DNA from: Tubulanus polymorphus
Lineage: Eukaryota; Animalia; Nemertea
Assembly (NCBI RefSeq): GCF_964204645.1
Contig: NC_134036.1
Span: 4,370,600-4,434,599 of the forward strand
Length of the DNA: 64,000 nucleotides
Direction of reading: 5' to 3'
Shown piece by piece: positions 26,096 through 40,878 of the stretch (positions are counted from its first letter, which is position 1; every line of letters starts with the position of its first letter). Position numbers and translations under genes: made by a program. Under the pieces are notes generated by a model that ran no database searches, was not told the DNA's origin, and saw only the letters and a program-made list of their open reading frames with translations.

Positions 26096-26954
26096 CTATA
26101 TAAGAGCGTTCTAGTCACGTTTTGGCTGAATATTCTACACGAACAATTTTCGTGAGATAATTAATTTCGGAAACGGCTCTTAGAATTGATTCGCCAAGTG
26201 GAGACTTGTTTTTCTTTACACGTATACCAGCGGACTTTTTTCAACTAAATCATATCTGACAGTCAAATTATATAAAGGAAAAACACGATATCGACGAACA
26301 TGTCAACTCTAAAAGACAGGTCGTAATTTGTTAGATCGTCTATAGATCTAAGATTTAGTCCTAGACTGGTGTCAGATCGATGCCACGAGTGCAGCACTGA
26401 TCACCGAAGCCTTACGCATTCGACGCCAATGACTTGCTTCGGCTTACGCGCGAGACCGACTGCCGGAGGCGTCCTCTGGCGGCAAAGCCGTCGGCTAAAA
26501 GCGAGCTCGTCTAAAAGTACGTCTTCACCCTTCGACTAATGAATATCCGCCAGTATAGAGACGCGAATTGGGAGCGAATCCATACAAATTCGGAGCGCAG
26601 AAGAAAAAAAACACACCGACGAAACGAATAAGACAGATAGACGGACGGACAGACAGGCAGAGCCGAGTAATTTAAGATGGGTATTGATAAAGATCGATGG
26701 GATTCGATTCAATTCCGAAAGAAGAAACTCGGCGTAGTCGAGATTGATTAATTTGATTCGTACGATAATTGAAGTCAACGAGTATATCCCGCGACTGTGT
26801 GTGATATATATATAGCGAATCGATTCGATGCTCCATTTTCGGTCAACGGGACTCAACTGGTGCTTTTCGAAGAGCCCGTGTTAGAATGACTCGCTCGAAT
26901 TTTCGGGGGTTATTTATGGGGTCTTTATCTGAATGCTCAATTGGAAGATTCTCA

Positions 26955-27165
26955 ATTTGAGGATTCCTCCGGGGAAGACTTTCACCCGACCGATTTGAGG
27001 GTTCCCGGGGAATACCCACCTCCGACCGAATTGGGGATTCTCGAGGGAAGATACTTCGCCCGACCGAATTGGGGACTCCTAGGGAAGACCTTCACCCGAC
27101 CGAATTGAGGATTCCCGGGGAAGACCTTCACCCGACCGAATTGAGAATTCCCGGGGAAGATCTAA
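26955..27165 (-). repeat. 36-40 bp minisatellite family
   Basis: GGGGAAGACCTTCACCCGACCGAATTGAGGATTCCC units; inverse of 4583-4852. Confidence 0.92.
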
Positions 27166-28214
27166 CTTCAGCTTCACATTTCTCTTCCGACCGATTAGAT
27201 GATGTCATTATTAGCCAATCAGGAATCCCGTTTTATATCAACCCAAATTTTTGAAGTTAATTCGTGAAATTTGCCTCAACGATTATACAACGAGCACTCT
27301 GATTGGTGCTGCGAATTTTCTTGCGGCAAACCTGCGCACCACGCACCTGCGCACTCGTTCTAGTGCGGCAGGGTTCGCCCTGGCCGAGTCTAGCGATGCC
27401 ACCAGATATAGGATGAACCGAAGCAGGTCTGTCCCTAAATAAGGATTTGACCTACATCAGGATATGTGTGCATTTTCGGCGCCTCGTTATTCAGACACGA
27501 CCTCCTCCAGTTCGACCGACGCGACTGCATAATCGACAACAACATTAGCGCACCGCGACGAAGAGCACATTTTCGTCGTCGATCGAATAACTACGCGACC
27601 GACTAAATAAGTATATTTGCTGACAAACACACAGGCACAAACACATCGAACCCTGCTTTCCGGGAACGGTCCACTCGACGAGCGTCGGCACTCGGAGCCA
27701 TTAAAACGGCTATAAAGCATCCACTTCGTCTGACATTAGGCTCTTCGTAAATGCAGAGCTTCGGAGACGTCGTCGCGCGGAGCTGTATATATATATATAT
27801 ATTATGACGCCTTCGTTCTCGAGAACCGAGATCTCGACTAGCGCCGCTGACCGGAGCGCTGGCCTGGCCGGGCGAGTGGTACTTATGTTTGTAATGCGAA
27901 GATGTGCGACAAGATTCTTCCATGTGTAGAAGGCGATGTACGGACATCGACCAGTTACCTCGCGGAAGCGTCAGAAAAAATGGATGAAAAAAGGAATCAG
28001 AAATATACATTACTTTAATCGCTAACTTGGAGATGAATGCAAAATTCAATTCACTAATACCAATGTCCTCAGGACGCTTTCGCCAGTAACTAAAATTTCC
28101 GCGATGAACGATTCTCGCCCGATGCCAAAATCGTTGGATATTGGAAAAACTAGTTAAATGTGGGCAAAAATTGTTTAATGTCACCTTGTAAGGAGCAGAG
28201 TTTCTTATTTTGTT

Positions 28215-28430
28215 TAGGGGAAAGTCAACCATTTTCAGAGATTGTTCCTGACAACCAGGGGACGGTAAACCATTTTCAGAGACTGTTCCTAACAATCTAG
28301 GGACAGTTAACCATTTTCTGAGACTGTTCCTGACAATCAGGGGACATTAAACCATTTTCAGAGACTGTTCCTGACAATCAGGGGACAGTAAACCATTTTC
28401 AGAGACTGTTCCTGACCAGCTGGGGACCAT
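28215..28430 (+). repeat. 41-bp minisatellite (GGGGACAGTAAACCATTTTCAGAGACTGTTCCTGACAATCA), ~5 units
   Basis: Tandem units. Confidence 0.95.
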
Positions 28431-29104
28431 TTCAATCTGAGAATAATCCAGACAATCGGGAAAAACCTAATCGGCAAACGTATATAGCCAATAACACGCC
28501 AATTTCAGCGCGCGGAGCCTCGGCAGCCGTAAAGAACTCGCGGGGCGAACGAGCTTTCGGCTCTTGTAAATAATTCACACCTAACCGATGTAGAAACGTC
28601 GAAGTCGCTGGAATCCCGGGAGACGCGTTGCGCGGTTCGGTGCGCGCTGCTGCGTTTCGTCAACCCGCTCGATCAAGAGTCATAACCATCGAGTCGTTTA
28701 TCACCAGATGAATTATTCAACGACGTATCGAAACCCTGCTGCGTCGAAACTGTGCTTATGAAAGTGTTTTCGGCCGAAGTCTTTTTACCAGGGCAAGCCG
28801 TAGACTAGCTGATATACTAGAAATCAATCGCAATGTTTCAGCAAAAGTTACTAAGTTCTTGAGTAAAAAATGTTTACTTGTTTCGAGCAAAGTTGAAGAC
28901 TATCAGCCATCATCAGGCGTACTGAATCAGTTCATCTATTCGAGAACTTTTGCTGTATCATCACTTCATCTTATCGTGTAGCGAATTCGACTGTCTCAGG
29001 ACGAAATTTGATTTGGAAATTGGTGATGTAAATGATATAGATAGAATTTTTAATGATATAGGTAGTCAATCAGAATCGGTAAATTTGGGAAAGTATATCC
29101 AATC

Positions 29105-29308
29105 GGGATTTGAATATTATATTTAATTTTATGCTTGACTTATATTGTACAGTACGCTATGTCCTATGCACTCTTTCCTGTAAATATTTTTGTAATCCTA
29201 GTATTGTATATATGCATTATATTGTTTTCTTCTAATCCGCTGTTCATTGACGATCATGTCATGTGATTATAATGAATAAACAAACTTGAAACTTGAAACT
29301 TGAAACTC
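29105..29308 (+). mobile_element. 3' end of a non-LTR retrotransposon (AATAAA followed by an (AAACTTG)n tail)
   Basis: T-rich UTR-like tract ending GAATAAACAAACTTGAAACTTGAAACTTGAAACT. Confidence 0.55.
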
Positions 29309-29324
29309 ACTCACGATCAGAATA

Positions 29325-29635
29325 CAGTAAACCCTTTTTCAGAGACTGTTTCCGACAATCTGGGGACAGTAAACCATATTCAGAGACTGTTTTTAAGAAT
29401 CAAAACCTTTTTCGGGGAACATAAACCATTTTCAGAGACTGTTCCTGACATGGGGGACGGTTCCTGTTCCTGACAATCAGTGGAAAGTAAACCATTTTCA
29501 GACTGTTCCTCGGAATCAGGGGACAGTAAACCATTTTCAGAGACTGTTCCTGGAGAATCATAGGGGACAGTAAACCATTTTCAGAGACTGTTCCTGGAGA
29601 ATCATAGGGGACAGTAAACCGACTTCCTGACAACC
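29325..29635 (+). repeat. 41-bp minisatellite family, ~7 units
   Basis: Same unit as 28215-28430. Confidence 0.93.
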
Positions 29636-30157
29636 AAACTTTACACGACGGATGGCGAGTCTGTCTGTCTACATTATTTGGCAGGTCAAGGCGCAATAGA
29701 AAAGCGTCTCCCGTTTCCTAATCTATTTTCCCGGCATTCGCGGAACTTCGTCAATGGACGCTACGTGTTTTAAGACTAATGAAGAAAATCCTGCCGCGGA
29801 ACGACGTGAATTGAGCAGCTTACGCGTAGAACATAAGCCGCATTAGCCTGCCGGGCGACGTTGATTGCGTATACGACCAGCTCGTTTTTTAATCATCCGC
29901 GCGTCCGGACCTTTTACGTAGATTACACGCTATTATTTCTCACCTCCGCCCGTGTACACGGGGAATTAGCGGGACACGATTACACGCGCCTTCGAACGAG
30001 CATCCGGCGCAATATTGCTATACGCGCTCTGACAGCGGAAGATAACTAATACACGAACCGTTCCAACAACGATATGAGGCTATCGTTGAGAAAGAAAAAA
30101 AAACAGACTTATTATTTGATTCGCGGTATTTGAAAATAGGTTAACACTACCTACCTA

Positions 30158-30582
30158 CAACCTTGCAGTAACTGACCCCTGTACCGCGGTATTTAAACAC
30201 TGGTTCCATTAAACAGCCTTTCAGTAACTGACCCCTGTACCGCGGTATTTTAACACTGGATTACATTAAACAACCTTTCAGTAACTGACCCCTGTACCGC
30301 GGTATTTTAACACTGGTTCCATTAAACAGCCTTTCAGTAACTGACCCCTGTACCGCGGTATTTAAACACTGCAATGTTAACATTAAACAACCTTTCAGTA
30401 ACTGACCCCAGTACTATTCTAGTTAAACACTCAGCCTTGCAGTAACTGACCCCTGTACCGCGGTATTCAAACACTGGTTTACATTAAACAACCTTTTAGT
30501 AACTGAACCCTGCACCGCGGTATTCAGACCCTGGTTTACATTAAACAACATTTGACCTCTTGATGGCGCATTCAAATACTGG
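30158..30582 (-). repeat. 57-bp minisatellite family, ~7 inverted units
   Basis: Reverse complement of the 11719-12500 unit. Confidence 0.96.
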
Positions 30583-32554
30583 CAAGACCATTAGAAAATC
30601 CCACAAGACACAACGGTAAAACGGTTTATCGCGAGCCCGAAGAAATGCCTACATATACTAATACAATACAGAAGAAAGATAGCAGAACTTGTAGAAGAAA
30701 TTATCTTTTTCTCTCTTTTTCGACGATGAAATCGAGTGCGCGATATGACGGATAATGATGACGATGTTGTAGTCGATAATACCGGAGGTTATCAATCATC
30801 GAACTCAACCGGACTCGACGACGACAACATCGACGAGTGTCTCGTAATCCGCGCGGATTCACCGCCGCGCTTCAAATTGGCTTAAGAAAATAATTGGGGA
30901 TTACGCTCGCCTGCTGTGCGACTGATGCGCGGGACGACGTGTAGAGAGGCATGATCGAACGATCACCGGAGTCGATCGTCACAAGCGCGCCCGGGGTATG
31001 CGACGAGTATATCGTGTAATCTGTTTTTGATGGAGGATTGCCTGCGAGACAATGAGGTATCGGCATCTCTACCGCGCGGCAAGCGAGGATTCCGTGACGA
31101 TCCGCCATGTTCGCTGCATTCAGATCGAATTCGAGCGAACTTTTCTCGTCATAGTATATCAATTTCCAGTGCGATCTATTCAATACGATGAGTTTGAAAG
31201 CTTTATCTGTTCGCGGTGACTTTTCAAATAATGTCCTGAAGCCTAAAAGTCACAATTCTTTGTAAATGAACAAATTTTCACTACAAATATAATATTGACG
31301 TTTGGTGTGTTATGATATGCTCGCTGCTAGATGGTGTATTAATCCGAGTTACTGAAGTAGAAATGAATCCGTGCGCTCAGCTAGCACCGCACGACAATCG
31401 AGAACGGCCCAAGACTCACAATGCGGGGAAGAATTTCGCGGACACTCAAGTGGTAAAATCTTCGACCGGGCGAAATCGGGATATCTGGCTAACGACGACA
31501 GTATCAGCATGTAGCTGCGCACTCGAGCTAGTGCGGCGGGGTTTCGTATTGTGGCAAGTACTGGTGCCATCGAGTTCAAATCGCTGTCGGGGGAGGATGA
31601 TGGCACCATACTACCACTTTTGGCAACGTATTACCGATGACATTATCTATGATCCAAAGGGAATTAGATCTTGTCATTCAGGGAATTATTTCTTATCATT
31701 CTTGGCTCCCTTTACCAGCCTTATCACTATTCACCAAGAGCTTCATCATCCACTGCGTCATCGATGTTGTTATATTTTTTGTTACGCGTCACGTCGTGTA
31801 TAATCGACTCGCTAAATGACACTGGCGCGGAATAAATCCGACCTAGGCCCGGCGCGCGATGACTATACGACATTCCGTCGAAGGGGATTTCTTCGTCGTC
31901 GTCGTCGTAAAAACTAGATTTCAGTCGACGTTGAGCAGGTTATTAATCCCCGCGCAACAGCCAGCATTAATCCTATGATTGATGGGTTTCTAATCTCGTT
32001 AACGGCTCGGTGAATAGCACCAGCACCGGCGCTGTACGTAAGCGCGAGAATGTGTCGCCGAACCGGGTCGCAGCCGCAGGCGTTTCAATTTTCGTTCGCA
32101 GTCGCCACGTCGACCGAAGTCGGTCGTAAATTCTCGGCGATAACGACGCGAAATCACGGCTATGTAAATATGGCCGCGAAGCAGCGCGGTAATAGTTTTT
32201 TTTTCAAGCGACCCTCTTCGCGAACTATAGAAATGAACTAATGTTTACCGTCCGGGATTCGAACCTGATATGGTGATAAGAACCGCTACGTTGATATAAT
32301 GTATCGGGGAAATTGGACTTGGCCTGCGTCCCGTGTTTAGAGGCCCAATAATTCATTAGATTTAAGACCGTCTTATAGTTCTTTAACGAGTCCAAGCACT
32401 AACGACCAGTCGAAACATTAAACAGGCTATTGCATTTAGGACCCTCTTCGGATTTATGCCACGCCTGTTGACCAGGAACCAGGTTACCAGGTTGCCAATC
32501 TGGGCGGTCACCCACACTTTCACCGCGCGTTTCTGTACAAGCCGAAAGTTCGTC

Positions 32555-32695
32555 CCTGGGCCCAGATTCGCAAACAAATTTTCAAAACTCAAATTTTTGG
32601 TGTAATTGCCATTGGTTACTTCATGTTCTAAATGTGGACAACAATTCAAACTTAACTGTTTTAGACTTAAACTTTTTCGTGAAACTGGGCCCAGG
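32555..32695. mobile_element. Short MITE (CTGGGCCCAG... termini), PIF/Harbinger-like
   Basis: CCTGGGCCCAGATTCGCAAA ... TTTCGTGAAACTGGGCCCAGG inverted ends. Confidence 0.65.
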
Positions 32696-33426
32696 TCGAA
32701 ATTCCCATTGATTCGACCAGGTACCGAAGCCGCATTACGAACGCACGTATTATAATACGTGTAGCCCTCCTCCGCCACACGTAACACGTTTACGAACCGA
32801 AGTTTATCAATCACACGAAGCCGGCTTATACGCGGCTTTTGATGAAGGCATTAGTATTCCATGAATCTAGAACCAGACGCCGCTGCAGCACCAACAGCCA
32901 CCGCCGGTGCAACAACCATCCGTCATACGTTATTCTGACCGGGGACATCGCGCCGTGATTGATATATGAAGGGATCGCGTGATGGGAGATGTTTCGTCGG
33001 AAAAGAGATTTCGGTGACGTTTGCGTGTTCGATTTTGACACCGCTCGAACAAGCGGAAAGTGATTGCACCGAAGTAAACAGTGACACAGTGGCAACTTAA
33101 TCCCCGGGTGTATATCGAAATGTCGGGAATCTAGGTTGACCATACTCGGGCCATATTGCCGTGTTTTTGTATCAAATCGACTGTTAGACAAATTCATTTT
33201 CAATCAAAAAATGCAAATTTCTTCACCAGTATTGACATTGTGTTCCTTTTTTCTTTGAATTACGGAAATGCTCCACCGATTGTTGAGCCAATTGTGAGAG
33301 TGGATACGTTTAAGCAACCTACGCGCCCCTCTTTCGAGACGGTTCACGCATTAACTATTCGAAAGAAAAATATTAGCTAGTCGATACATCGTTTCGTTTT
33401 GAGTGGCCCGAAAACGTGGTATACTA

Positions 33427-33576
33427 CGGAAGCGTCCTGGGGACATATCTATTAAAAAAAGAATTTTCGAGGTTAATTCCGAGTTTGTAAAAGAGAAAAG
33501 TAGTTTATTCCGAGTTACGAACTCTGAATTAACCTCGAAAATTCTTTTTTATAGATACGTCCCCAGGACGCTTCCG
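33427..33576. mobile_element. 150-bp foldback MITE flanked by TA
   Basis: TA-CGGAAGCGTCCTGGGGAC ... GTCCCCAGGACGCTTCCG-TA; ~60-bp arms. Confidence 0.85.
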
Positions 33577-34261
33577 TAACATACCATGTCCGTGTTGTAA
33601 CTATGGTATCAAAATCAGAGTCAGAGATGTTTCCATGACGCGCTGTTAGTTAATTCAAAGCTTCGACTATAACCTAGTAGTCATCTTCAGACTGAAGGTG
33701 AACTGATTCTAGCTCAACGAGACAATTCGGACACTTTTCGGAATTTGTAGTGCTGGATTCCTCTTGTAAATAGGGTCAGAAATATTCGAGATACCTCGTA
33801 ATGCCATGCGAAGTGGTTGTGAGCAAGTACGTCTCAAAATGGTAAATGCATCGCCATCACGTCCAGCATTCCGGACAAGGTGACCACTTATCAATCCGCC
33901 TTGCCTGAAAATAGACACGATAGACGTTCGTGCGTAGCGAATTTATTCCGCCATCAAATCGAATTGACGTTCGCACGCAGCGGCCAACTCCTGATGTTTG
34001 CGGCGGGAAACATGTGTTCCTCGCCGGTACCCCCGACGCGTCACGTTTTTAATAAGTTCGCATCACGCTCGATCAACTCCGGCATAAATCATTCGCGAAT
34101 CTTCTGATTCGTTTTGGATGCGGGCGGCTCCGGTTACGCCGCGCGCGGTCATCTAGAAATCATTCCTCAAACTGAATACGCTACCGAGCATTACGTCGTT
34201 TGCTCGTGGTTTTTTTCTATATGGTGGTTCCGAAACCGGGGTGAATAAACAATTCACGATG

Positions 34262-34755
34262 ATTTCGACGATTCAGTAAAATCATGATTAGTTACTAATG
34301 ACGACATTCTCATTCTCGATAACTTCAACGATTCAGTAAAATTATGATTAGTTACTATTGACGACATTCTCATTCTCAATAACTTCAACGATTCAGTAAA
34401 ATTATGATTAGTTACTATTGACGACATTCTCATTCTCGATAACTTCAACGATTCAGTAAAATTATGATTAGTTACTATTGACGACATTCTCATTCTCGAT
34501 AACTTCAACGATTCAGTAAAATTATGATTAGTTACTATTGACGACATTCTCATTCTCAATAACTTCAACGATTCAGTAAAATTATGATTAGTTGCTAATG
34601 ACGACCTTCTCATTCTCGATAACTGCAACGATTCAGTAAAATTATGATTAGTTACTAATGACGACCTTCTCATTCTCAATAACTTCAACGATTCAGTAAA
34701 ATTATGATTAGTTACTAATAACGACGACGTTCTCATTCTCAATAACTTCATCGAT
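34262..34755 (+). repeat. 60-bp minisatellite (ACGATTCAGTAAAATTATGATTAGTTACTATTGACGACATTCTCATTCTCGATAACTTCA), ~8 units
   Basis: Successive 60-nt lines are nearly identical. Confidence 0.99.
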
Positions 34756-35534
34756 TCTCATGAGTTTGATCTCTTGTCGAGATACCTATTGCGATATTTT
34801 GTACCTACGTACAAGCAAGCGTAACATTTTTTGTTGTTGAAAATTGCTAATACTTAGAATATAGAAATAAATAGAATAATATGACAATATTGATAACGAA
34901 TTGAAGACTTCCACGCGCCAAATCGCAGATATAATCATTATTATCGTCTGGATCCAGTTCGTAGTTAACTCCAGGTTAAAATCTGTTCATTTTCGATGAT
35001 TACATTACGACTGCAGAGGAACTGGGTCTATACAGAGTCTCGTGTCGGGATATGGATCGAGGTTGCATAATCATTACGCATCACTACCGCTATATGCATA
35101 TCTACGGCAAATAAAGCGGCGGGCGACGACGACTACAACAGCAGCAGCAGCAGCCGCGGTGACGGCGGCGTCGACGGAGAGCCAACGCTTTAGTTAATTC
35201 ATGCCGAACGTTTTATTGTCACGTCGACTCGTTACGAAAACATCATTATTTTCAATAACGTCAACACTTTTCACGCTCGGTCGGATAAATATTCAAAGCC
35301 GACTCCGGGGCGTCGTATACGCGGCACGCGCCGGTATAGTACTGCGCCCCGAGTTGTATGATAATGATAAAACACGCACTGCGGATACCGCCGGCGATAC
35401 GAATCGCGATCGGAGCGAAACGTCGAACTCGTGTGTTCAAAACGAAGCTATAGCCTGGGTAGAACAGTGTCCAAGGAAAACGTTATTGGTGATACACTAT
35501 ATCCGTGTATAATGACGATCATCTACAATCCTAG

Positions 35535-35800
35535 GTATTCCTGAAGATGTCTGTTAGAATGAACATGACTCTAAGAATAAAGTCGAATAAACTGCTAACT
35601 CAAGAAATACATCATTCCTGAAAATGACTATGAGAATAAAGTCGAAACGTCGAATAAACTGCAAGCTCAAGGAATACAGCATTCTTGAAAATAACTATTA
35701 GAATATAGTCGAAACGTCGAATAAAACTACTACCAGCTAAAAGAAACATTTTTGGGCTGCATATCAATTTTTTTCCGTTATCATCGTCGGATTCTTCTAT
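35535..35800 (+). mobile_element. Tandem 67-bp units each with a degenerate minimal hammerhead motif (Penelope-like terminal repeats)
   Basis: Consensus TATTC-CTGAAGA-T-GACTAT tagaat ATAGTC-GAAA-CG-TC-GAATA. Confidence 0.7.
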
Positions 35801-36089
35801 TAGATTAAGGTCCCCCTGTTATCATCCAGCACTTTCACTAGCGAAATGAGTTTCCGTTTTCAAGAACATTCCCGTTGAAATATGAACGAAAAAATGTTCT
35901 GAATAATGCAGCTTTATGGCCTAAACATCGATACAACACAAAATCATTGTTATGACGATAACCTATATGGATAACAATATTAGAATAGAGTCAAAACGAG
36001 GAATTTCCTACAAGCTCAAGCTGAAAAAATGTTCGGACTTCATATCATCGTTTCCTCGTGTAATTTTCGATATCGATTCAGGTTAGTAA

Positions 36090-36304
36090 AGGCGGGCGTA
36101 GGTCGGCCTTGCGACGGCTTGCGACTCACAGCGACCGCCAGCGACGATCGCGTCGCAACGACTCACCGACCTACGCTATCTTGCGACTGCCAGCGACGCC
36201 AATCGCAATGAGTCGCATATGTTCTAATTTCTGCGACGCGACGCCCCCACTTGTGACGCAACGCGACGATCGCGTCCCGTCGCAAGGCCGACCTACGCCC
36301 GGCT
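36090..36304. mobile_element. PIF/Harbinger-like MITE (TIR AGGCGGGCGTAGGTCGGCCTTGCGAC)
   Basis: ~26-bp TIRs, TAA/TTA flanks, internal TGCGAC repeats. Confidence 0.85.
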
Positions 36305-36790
36305 TTAAAGTTTCGACCGACTTTATCCGTACCTCAATTTCCGATGCCAAGATCAAACCCCCAGTTTCGCAGCCGAGAGGCGCGCCGGGTTTCTGGGTTG
36401 CACCGAATACGCGTAAAGTAAAAAACAATCGATCGGATGGAGAACCCTGTCCATATTTAGAGATAAAAATGCCACATTTTATGACACATTTCTTATGACG
36501 CCACGATAAATAGCATCTGATAAAAGATGGCTTCTTCGAGATTATACCGTCCCGACGGTATATCGACGAACTAATGATATACTGGCTTCTTCGGTAATTA
36601 AGAAAATAACCGCATGACATCGATCAGCCGCTGGAGGCGTTTAGATATATCGTATGGAAGCTTCGCATGGAACGAGGAACGAAAATAGAGATTTTTCTTC
36701 CCGAGAGCGCCCGACCTGATTAAGCCGATTAGAGCCTTTCGAAAATCAGGTAGCAAGCTATACAGAAATACATTCGATTGCTATACCTTA

Positions 36791-37124
36791 ATGCGGGCAT
36801 AGGTCGGCTTTGCGACAGCTTGCGACTCTCTGCTGCGACGCGACTCACTGCGACCGCCAGCGACGATCGCGTCGCAACGACTCACCGACCTACGCTACCT
36901 TGCGACTGCCAGCGACGGGTTGCGACTGCCAGCGACGACATGTTCTACCACTGCGACGCGACGCGATCGTCGCAGCCGATCTACGCGCTCTTGCGACTGG
37001 GAGCAACTAGTCGCACACAGCCGCTGACAATCGCGTCGCAACCGACGTACGCACGCCCCCGGGGCGTAAGTGAGACGCGTCGCAGTGAGTCGCAAGCCGG
37101 CGCAAGGCCGACATACGCCCGGCC
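36791..37124. mobile_element. Longer copy of the same Harbinger-like MITE
   Basis: TIRs with TTA on both sides. Confidence 0.85.
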
Positions 37125-40100
37125 TTAAAGCGTCGCCCAGAACCTGTACCTTACTTTGTTATATCGATGTGACGTGCTTCTGGACGATACGGCCTAGATA
37201 GACTGTTCAGTGTATAGCACCCGTAATCTTGTTACATGTTCGTATTCTATTTGTAATAACGTTTGTAATAACAATTTCATGAAATAAATTTCAATTTCGA
37301 TGTATAATGTTAAATGTATGCATTAACATAGTCACAATTGAAATAAATTTCAATTTTTCAATTTTTTTCAATTTTTCAATGTCTAATGTTAAATGTAAAC
37401 ATTGTCACAATAAACTAAGATTAAATCGAATTGACTTTAAAAATTGGCTAGAAATTCAAATGACGACGAAGACGTTCCGAGAAAGATATCCGCTTAAAGA
37501 AATTCCCGCAGGACTTAAGATCGAAACACTCAGAACGACGAGATGGATAGTAGTAAACCAGGGTTTTCGAAGTTCAAGCTTTCGATACTAGTGTATTGTA
37601 GCTTCATCAGGCGAACATGTATAGTCAATGTAGAAAAAAAAACTATATCGGCGTAAATTATCGTGCTAATCATGATCATAAAACTAGACCTCTGCATACA
37701 GACTCCTCGTAAGACGTATCCACAAAATAACGACACAAAAAAACAAAACCTATTCGAAAGGTTTATTTCTCGTATCGATTTTCCCTTCGAGAATTTGTAT
37801 TTCTACTCCGGAGAACGGCGCCGCAATCTCACGCTACGATCTAATTTAATGCGCGTTTGTGCCGCTAACGGGTCGTGAACTCCGATGCTAAATGGGAAAA
37901 ACAAATAAGCCGTAAAATATCGGCCTACTTCATCATCGTCTCGAAGACGAATTGATTTCGATCACGCGCGGCGGCATGAGCGGCTTAGGACGTTTAACCC
38001 CCTACTGGCGAAATACTCGGTGCTGGTGTCTTTATAGCCAAGCATTTCAAAATTTTCGATTCGTTGCCCGTTGGTTTGGTAGGAACATTCCAGAACGTCC
38101 AAATCTGTTATGCGCATTTGAATGCGTACCGCGCGATCTCGGGCTGCCGTAGAAGTTAGAATATCGTCAAATTTTAAATAAAGGACCATCAGTCCCGTAG
38201 GCTCAACTGAATACGTCCCCCTTTTGAGCACGAACATCGATTCGATCTTGGAACGGATTATCTTTGCCTTTATCTTCAACACCAACGTAGAAACAAGGTT
38301 CAACTACGACGATAACATCATGAGAAAACCCCTTTATCGAACGCATATCATATACACGTGACAATGGGTTTTCCTCACGAGTCCCACTCGCATCAATTAG
38401 TAGAAATTGGAAGCATCCGTGGACATTTTGCAAAGTACCTCCAAGTACCGTCGAACTGCAAGAATTCTTGCTCGTTACTTCAACACCTATTTCCCTCCTA
38501 GAATACCAGCTGCGGTTACAATCTGTTAAAAAAAGTTACTCGTTCTATAGGTATCGATACAGTTGATACTAAAACCCATCGAAGGACCGGTACGCTTTAA
38601 TAAAAGCGAGCTACATCATCGTTTCCAAAATATGCACAGGAAAAACAAGCCGACAATATCGTATAAACAGTACCAGACTAACAAGTTGCCGGATAGCGGC
38701 AACTGCTAACAATGGTTTTTTCGTTATTGTCCGCTCGAAATTGTTTTCGCTCGCTGCCAATTAGTCCGATGTCGTCTTTTTTATCGGGGTCGCCAACTAA
38801 TCGACCTCCGTACCGAGACTCGTTCGTTACATCCGTCATAATTTACTCTTTCGCCTTTCGTTTTATTTGCGTTCGGCATTAGTTTTGTTGACGCCGGCGA
38901 CGCTTCGTTTGTTGACTTAAACAAAGCGTTCGATCGACCGCGCGCGCGCTCGCGCGGGGCTTAGTTTTCGCCTGTTTGCCGAACGTCTAATGAGTCGTGT
39001 TATTCGTGTGTGCGCGAGGGTATCGTCGAAGTCCATTTGCGCCGATGAATAATGGTTCATTTGTCACATGATTTCGTGGTTACATCGGGTTAATTTACCG
39101 AATTCGGTTTGCCATTGTCCTAGTATTTTTAACGATGTTTTTTTTTTCGGCGTAGATAATTATATTAAGCAACTCGCCTATTTTTTATCCGTTTCGTATT
39201 ATCCGTTATCATTGTTGGTTATGCCTTATTTCATTGCTTGTTTATTTTTGTTATACATTTAGGCATAAACAAGATTTTTTATGGCTTGTTTATTTCCTAT
39301 GTTATGTATTCGTGTATATACTCGATTTAACTCTGAACGTATCAGTTACAAACGATTTATTTTTTCAAATATTTATGTTTACGCTGAATTCAGTTTGAAG
39401 TTTGATTTTTGATGAGGAAGGGATGAGGCGGATTGCAGAAGGAGAGCGAGTGGGGAAACATTGATTTTTTTTCGAAAACCTGATTCTAAACATAGCTACA
39501 ACAAGCTAAAACTCGAATAAGGCACGTTGTACTTCATAGTTAAACAATTAATAGTGAAGTTGTAGAGTCGCCTGACATATTTTTTTCAATTCATTAATTG
39601 TTTAATCAGTTAATTTACTATAAGAAATGACATTTGCCAATACTGACACTGTTATTCTAACGGCTATGACTATATAAATCCTTACTGAATAAATTACGAA
39701 TTGGGGTAAGTCGAAAGTTGGTCTTGTATATCTAAAAAAAACTTGCTAGACGAGTCTTAAAATCGAGAAGGTTTTAGAAAGCCCGTCATGGACACGTCTC
39801 GTTTAAAACCGCATTTACGCTGATCTCGAAGACTAATTCCCATCGCATACCGCTTTGATACAAAGGGAAAATTCGACACGAACTCAATTCACATCAACGT
39901 TCTTTTTTGATAATCAGAAAAGCGGCTTTAAAATCTTAATCCGGAGTAGGGGAAAAAAGGTACAAGCGCCGGGACATTGATTGTCTTTGACGCGTTAAAT
40001 TCGATATTCGTAATTACAACGACTCGCGATTCGCGAAAAACGTCGTCGTCGTCAACGCGGTCGTCGTCAACGCTCGTCACCCGACAACACCGATGTCGAT

Positions 40101-40488
40101 GACGACAAAAATTAATTTCGTAAAACAAACCGCGCGCTTCGTTCGATAGCGTTCGATCCGGCGAGTAAACAGCGGATAGTCGGCGCGCTGTTTGTTTTGT
40201 CGAAAGCAAAAGCGATGCAACGCGCGCGAAACAACCCGCACCGAAAACAATGTCGGCACGAATCAGCAACGCCCGGGGGTAGACGTCGCGACCTTGCCGC
40301 CGATCGACCGTATCCCGGTTTTGGTACGGCAATTGAGGATTGTATTGCGAGCTCTCACCGGCCGCATCTACGTCGAGTATTTATAGATAATGTGTCAATA
40401 AATTCCCGAAATACAAAGATAGAGAAACAACTTCGAATGGCATCCTTGAGCTAGTACTTTAAATAAACGTTTCGACTATATCCCGGTA

Positions 40489-40878
40489 CAGGGTGGCCAT
40501 TTTCCACTGAAATTTACAAATTCCCCGAGTTTTCGCTGATTTCTTTTCCATGTCATGATACAAAATCCCCCCGAGTGAATCCGTTGAATTTCTCGTTTTA
40601 ATAGACTGTTCGATGTTGTATTCATTTTTTAACGAATCACGAACTGATAAAGAAACAATAAAAGTAATCCGAATTCCCTGATTTTTTCCGTGTTTTGCAA
40701 CACAAAATTCCCCGTTAGAAAGCATTAATTTTTCATGAATCGCGAACTGATGAAGAACGCATTGACGCGTTGTCGATAATATATATGCAAATTCCGTGAG
40801 GTTTCCCCGATTTTTTTTTCAAATAGATTTTTCTGATTCCCCGAGCTGTGCGGGTTTTTCGGGTCAGTGGCTACCTTG
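40489..40878. mobile_element. Non-autonomous TIR element (CAGGGTGGCCA ... TGGCTACCTTG), TA-flanked
   Basis: Inverted ends and internal TTCCC(T/C)GA motifs. Confidence 0.6.

Noticed and set aside
27603-28295. Longest ORF in the window (230 aa)
   Set aside because: Begins in the 41-bp minisatellite, crosses a (TA)n tract and has no recognisable domain.
38150-38433. Protein-like minus-strand text across two overlapping ORFs
   Set aside because: Too short, with no recognisable family or splice support.
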